Assembly (NCBI GenBank): GCA_027623315.1
Contig: JAQBYD010000014.1
Location: 375-64,374 of the forward strand
Length of the DNA: 64,000 nucleotides
DNA from: Verrucomicrobiota bacterium
GTDB lineage: Bacteria; Verrucomicrobiota; Kiritimatiellia; CAJWTS01
Reading direction: 5' to 3'
Translations under genes and position numbers: made by a program
Notes under the pieces: generated by a model
What the model saw: only the letters and a program-made list of their open reading frames with translations
What the model was told of the DNA's origin: nothing
Database searches by the model: none
Shown: piece by piece, positions 60,259 through 64,000 of the stretch
Position numbering within the stretch: the stretch's first letter is position 1
How the letters are laid out: every line of letters starts with the position of its first letter

Positions 60259-61347
60259 TCAAGACGTCACCCGCCGGATGCAATTGCGCAATCCGTCAAG
60301 TTCGAACGACCCCGTAGCATGGGCGAACCAGAAGCGGGTCTCGGGTGTGCCCTGGCGCAGCAGGTCTTCGGCGTAAGCCACGTAGTTTGCTTTTTCGGCG
60401 GTTTCGGCGAGCTGGTACGGGATGTAGACGATGTCGTCGCCGAATACCGAGTGCACGTCGGCGAAGGGCGTAAAGGGATCGTGGAATTCGAGTCCGAGGA
60501 TCCGGATGCCCGAGTCGCGCAGAGCGGGCAGATGGTGGGCATACTTCCCGCAGCAATGGATCTGGACGCCGCCGAACGCATCCGCGATGCGGCGCAGGCA
60601 GGGCAGTTCGAAGTCACGGTAGAATTCGGCGCTAAGTAGTGGCATCATGTCCTGGGTGATGCCGACGCCCATCGCTTCCGGCAGGATCGTATACGGCCAG
60701 AGGTTGCCGATAACCTTGCCGCCGCCCAACGTCTGCCTCAATCGCTGATGATAGTCGATCAGCGTCGTGGTGATCTTGTCGAGCGCGGCGTGGATGGCGT
60801 CCGGCTGCGTGCACATGCCCATCATCAATTCCTCCTGGTCCATCACCAGCGCCAGGGTATTCATCGGGCCCTGGAAATCCGGTGTCCGCAGGAAGACGGC
60901 GTCGGAGCCCAATCGTTCACAAACCATACGGTGTAAGTCGACCGCGAGTTGAAAATCCGACTCTTCGAAAGGGCACGCCCGCAGGGCGGACAGCTCCCCC
61001 GGATCGCGCACCACCGGCTTGATGTGCACCCCGCCGCCGTCGTGCGGTGGGATGACGGTGCCGCCGTAGAGCTTGGCGGTGCTGATCGTACCGAAGTCCG
61101 CGTACACCGTCGGCACGACGTGGGTTTCGCCGGACGCGAGATCGGCGCGAATACATTCGACGGCGCCGTCGGCGACCGCCGCGAGGTCCGGCCGCGTATG
61201 ATCAAAGAGTTGACGGTAGGTGGGTTCGGCAACCACGCTCAGCCGTGGGCCACGGATGTCTCCGCGCCAGTATGCCGCGGCGTCAGAGAGTGTTTCCTTA
61301 TGCATGCGGTTGACGTCGGTCAGGGCCGGCTCTGTGGAGGCCATCAA
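60259..61347 (-). CDS. URO-D family methyltransferase paralogue (MtaA-like)
   Basis: 362 aa; QIHCCGKYAHHLPALRDSGIRILGLEFHDP C-terminal block as in the other paralogues. Confidence 0.75.
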   Translation of the reverse strand: MMASTEPALTDVNRMHKETLSDAAAYWRGDIRGPRLSVVAEPTYRQLFDHTRPDLAAVADGAVECIRADLASGETHVVPTVYADFGTISTAKLYGGTVIPPHDGGGVHIKPVVRDPGELSALRACPFEESDFQLAVDLHRMVCERLGSDAVFLRTPDFQGPMNTLALVMDQEELMMGMCTQPDAIHAALDKITTTLIDYHQRLRQTLGGGKVIGNLWPYTILPEAMGVGITQDMMPLLSAEFYRDFELPCLRRIADAFGGVQIHCCGKYAHHLPALRDSGIRILGLEFHDPFTPFADVHSVFGDDIVYIPYQLAETAEKANYVAYAEDLLRQGTPETRFWFAHATGSFELDGLRNCIRRVTS

Positions 61348-61381
61348 AGCTTTTCCTTAGAGGGGGCTTGACTCACAGCCT

Positions 61382-62533
61382 CTATACCGCGACTTCAGAC
61401 GGAGATTCGGCGTTGAACTCGTCGCAGCTCGCGTCCGGATCCGCGGGAACGGCGCCGGCTGCCACTTCGTGCTCGCGGTTACCCATGACGGGCGGGTGCG
61501 CCGTGTCGGGCAGCGCGTCGACGAACTGGTAGCCGGGATTCTCCTTCTGGCGCTTGAGGATCACGTTGATCTCCTTCCATGCTGCGAACAGGCCCTTGCG
61601 TTCGGGCAGATCGTGGGCAACGAGCTTCTGAAGCTTCGGCAGATTGTAGCAGGGCACCGCGGCGTACATGTGGTGCTCGATGTGATACTCCATGCGCCAA
61701 TACAGGAATGAAGCGATCCACGGCAGCTTGACGCTGCGGCAGGACACACGAAAGTCCGGGACCTTATCCGTCAGGCCGATGTGCTGCGTATTGTTGCAGA
61801 GAAAGAGCAGCCATCCGCCGTAGGTGGAACTGTGCGAGACGACGTAAGGCACGAGCAGCCACGTCCACTGGCGGCTGGCGATCGCGGTGACGATGGATCC
61901 GAGAAGAAGGATACTGTGGCCGGTTATCACGGCGCGATTCCAGTTGACCAGGCGCCTGCGCAGATCCGGCTTGCTCTCAGGGAAGAGAGCCAGGGTCCAG
62001 TCGCCTTCGAGTTTGCCGCGCGCCTTGTCCAGTGTCCCCTTGTACTGATCATAAGGTGCTTTGGGATTCCAGAGCGAATACTTCCAGAAGTTCTTGCGAG
62101 TCACTCCGGCATAGGCGGCCGGCAGCACGACTTCACCGTCGCGCGGCGGGTGCAGCGTGTAGCGGTGGTGGTTTGCGTGGCTGGCATTGAACCAGACCCA
62201 GTCGTTCCATCCGAAGAACCCGATAAGGCGACAGAACAGGTCGTTCAGTCGTTTCGTCTTGAAGACAGTGTAGTGGCACAGTTCGTGAACGCCGTTGATG
62301 TTGAAGCTGCCTACCGTGCCGTGCAGGAGCAGGAAGAACGGTACGGCAAGCCATCGGCCCGTGAATGCGCACCACAGAGTGATCGCGCCGGTGCAGCACC
62401 AGAGTGCGAGGTAGCCTCCGGCCTGCAGGAATCCCTGCAGGTCGCTGCGTTTGCAGAGCTCCAGCTTGACGTCGCGCGGGAGTTCCGTGCGATACCAGCC
62501 TATCGTAGCGCGTTCGTCGTGTGGGTCGGTCAT
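61382..62533 (-). CDS. Membrane fatty-acid desaturase family protein
   Basis: Three histidine boxes HELCH, HANHHRY, HIEHHMY; 4 predicted TMs. Confidence 0.8.
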   Translation of the reverse strand: MTDPHDERATIGWYRTELPRDVKLELCKRSDLQGFLQAGGYLALWCCTGAITLWCAFTGRWLAVPFFLLLHGTVGSFNINGVHELCHYTVFKTKRLNDLFCRLIGFFGWNDWVWFNASHANHHRYTLHPPRDGEVVLPAAYAGVTRKNFWKYSLWNPKAPYDQYKGTLDKARGKLEGDWTLALFPESKPDLRRRLVNWNRAVITGHSILLLGSIVTAIASRQWTWLLVPYVVSHSSTYGGWLLFLCNNTQHIGLTDKVPDFRVSCRSVKLPWIASFLYWRMEYHIEHHMYAAVPCYNLPKLQKLVAHDLPERKGLFAAWKEINVILKRQKENPGYQFVDALPDTAHPPVMGNREHEVAAGAVPADPDASCDEFNAESPSEVAV

Positions 62534-62663
62534 GTTGCTGGGAGAGGGTGTGGCTCGACCTTACGTTATCACAGTTCGACGTCCGCCTCTCGGGCTCCGA
62601 AGGCTAGGCTTCGGAATCGTTCAAATGGGGCCCGATAGTACGTGATCCTCAGATTGACGGATA

Positions 62664-62742
62664 AGGAGTAAGTGTTGGAGTAAGTGGGCGAGTAAGTGTC
62701 GGATGGATCTTACTCTTACTCCACCACTTACTCTTACACTCC
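62664..62742. promoter_or_regulatory. Phased GAGTAAGTG/CACTTACTC repeat array upstream of the desaturase gene
   Basis: ggagtaagtg at 62664, 62676, 62688 (12-bp phasing), followed by inverted copies cttactcttactcc..cacttactc at 62709..62733. Confidence 0.4.
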
Positions 62743-62879
62743 GATCTCTGACCGCTGGCACGCACTGTAAGCATCGAATCCGTTTTCTCCCGATCGCTTA
62801 GGTAAACTCTGATTCTCTCGGAATTTCCACAAACTCACATACTCACACACATGATCCACCGGGATCGTCGTGTTTCTGT

Positions 62880-63728
62880 TCAAACGTCGTCCTTCTTCGC
62901 GCGCTCTCGCGCCGCCATGTCCGCCGCATGATCGTAAACGTTCTTTCCGTCTTTCACGAAGGGCACGGCTTGGCCCCAGAGACCGCCGTCTGGCTTGAGG
63001 ATCGGTTCGGCGCTGTACTGCGGGAGGTAGACCCGGCGCATCTTCGGAGTTGTGTTGGCACCCGAGCGGTGAAAGTTGTAACTGCTGAACGCCACGATGG
63101 AACCGGCCGGTGCCTCGACGGCGATACCGGGGTCATCGCCTTCGTACCCGATCAGGTCGCCGCTATCTTTGTCCTGGCCGTGATCGGCGATCCAGTTCTT
63201 CGTTCCGCCGCGTGAATGCGGCAGCAGATAGACGGAGCCGTTCTCCTCGTTCACGTCATCGAGCGGACACCAGCAGGTCAGGTAAGGACGATGCGTTGTC
63301 TGCTTGTGTCCGAACTTCACGTAACCGGAATCCTGGTGCCAGCTGAAGGATGCGCCCTTCTCGGCGGCCTTGACGACCCACTGTTCGTTGAAGAGTTGGA
63401 CCTCCGGGCCCAGCGTCGCCATCGCCACGTCAGCCATCAGATCACTATAGATAAACTGCCACAGGCGTGTACTCATGTGGTAGCGATTAGAAATGAAGTA
63501 ACGATTGCGGCCGTAGTTGATGCCCTGCTTTTCAACGCCCTGCGCATCCATCTCGGCGTCCATGTACCCGAGAAAGTAGGAGCACTCCTCGCGGAGTATC
63601 TGCAGCATATCGTCCGATATCACAGATTCGAGGATCATGTATCCCTCGTTGTGGTACTGGTCGATCTGGTCCTGCGGGATCCAGGGCACGGGGGGCACGG
63701 TTGCGACGGTCATATCTGGTCTCCTCAA
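62880..63728 (-). CDS. Phytanoyl-CoA dioxygenase (PhyH) family Fe(II)/2-oxoglutarate oxygenase
   Basis: WHQDSGY (HxD) motif and downstream His, PhyH-like length. Confidence 0.8.
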   Translation of the reverse strand: MRRPDMTVATVPPVPWIPQDQIDQYHNEGYMILESVISDDMLQILREECSYFLGYMDAEMDAQGVEKQGINYGRNRYFISNRYHMSTRLWQFIYSDLMADVAMATLGPEVQLFNEQWVVKAAEKGASFSWHQDSGYVKFGHKQTTHRPYLTCWCPLDDVNEENGSVYLLPHSRGGTKNWIADHGQDKDSGDLIGYEGDDPGIAVEAPAGSIVAFSSYNFHRSGANTTPKMRRVYLPQYSAEPILKPDGGLWGQAVPFVKDGKNVYDHAADMAARERAKKDDV

Positions 63729-63890
63729 ATCTTGTGTAAATGTCTAATTAGGCGTCCCGCGAGCCAGTAGCCAGCGCAACGCTGGCCACTGGCGGGTTGG
63801 CGCGTTGCCTTCGTGATGCTTGTTGAGGAGCAGATTGACGTGGTGAGAGCAAAAGAGCAAGGGGATTCGCCGTGGGTGGGCGCAGCTCCG

Positions 63891-63961
63891 CCGTGGGGCA
63901 CGGTTCTGTCCGTCCCCGGAGGGGTGCCCCGAAGGGGCAAGGACAGAACCGTGCCCCACGG
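63891..63961. repeat. Perfect 21-bp-arm palindrome (hairpin) upstream of the PhyH gene
   Basis: ccgtggggcacggttctgtcc - 29-nt partly self-complementary loop - ggacagaaccgtgccccacgg. Confidence 0.5.
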
Positions 63962-64000
63962 CGGAAGAGTTTTTGTGAAGCCCCACTCTTCAAGGGGCAG

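Overview
This window looks like part of a high-GC bacterial chromosome with PVC-like gene content (LptF/G, PilT, many TTG/GTG starts, fucosidase, corrinoid methyltransferases). The phylum guess is speculative. I found about 50 genes and no rRNA, CRISPR array, transposase or integrase.

Housekeeping content:
- dsbD, rapA, mfd, the gap-pgk-tpiA-secG cluster, suhB-like IMPase plus phosphomannomutase, one tRNA-Val(CAC), and lptF/G.
- A 7-gene peptide/opp-type ABC transporter operon.
- An MBOAT gene followed by a tandem AlgJ/AlgX-like O-acetyltransferase gene.

Accessory-looking content:
- A minus-strand operon at 17.8-24.3 kb encoding a B12-binding corrinoid protein, a DUF1638-like protein and at least five URO-D/MtaA-family methyltransferase paralogues plus two gene fragments. 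A further URO-D paralogue sits beside a GH29 alpha-L-fucosidase at 59-61 kb. I read this as a candidate corrinoid-dependent (glycan?) O-demethylation system.
- A helicase neighbourhood: RapA, an SNF2+SWIM helicase, and a RecQ with an in-frame loss of its helicase core.
- A tRNA-flanked glycan module: CmcI-family methyltransferase plus two GT2-type glycosyltransferases.

Repeat families:
- A ~78-bp GC-rich palindromic element in two copies. One copy sits in-frame in the linker of the tandem AlgJ/X protein. Both copies carry an ATGGAGGGCGAGCGTCCCCGCGAG arm that generates spurious MEGERPRE ORF starts.
- A larger imperfect palindromic element at three intergenic loci.
- A 9-mer (CACTTACTC) present as three direct repeats with exact 12-bp phasing in two different upstream regions.
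- A perfect 21-bp-arm hairpin at the window's end.

A CorC/HlyC transporter gene is frameshifted.
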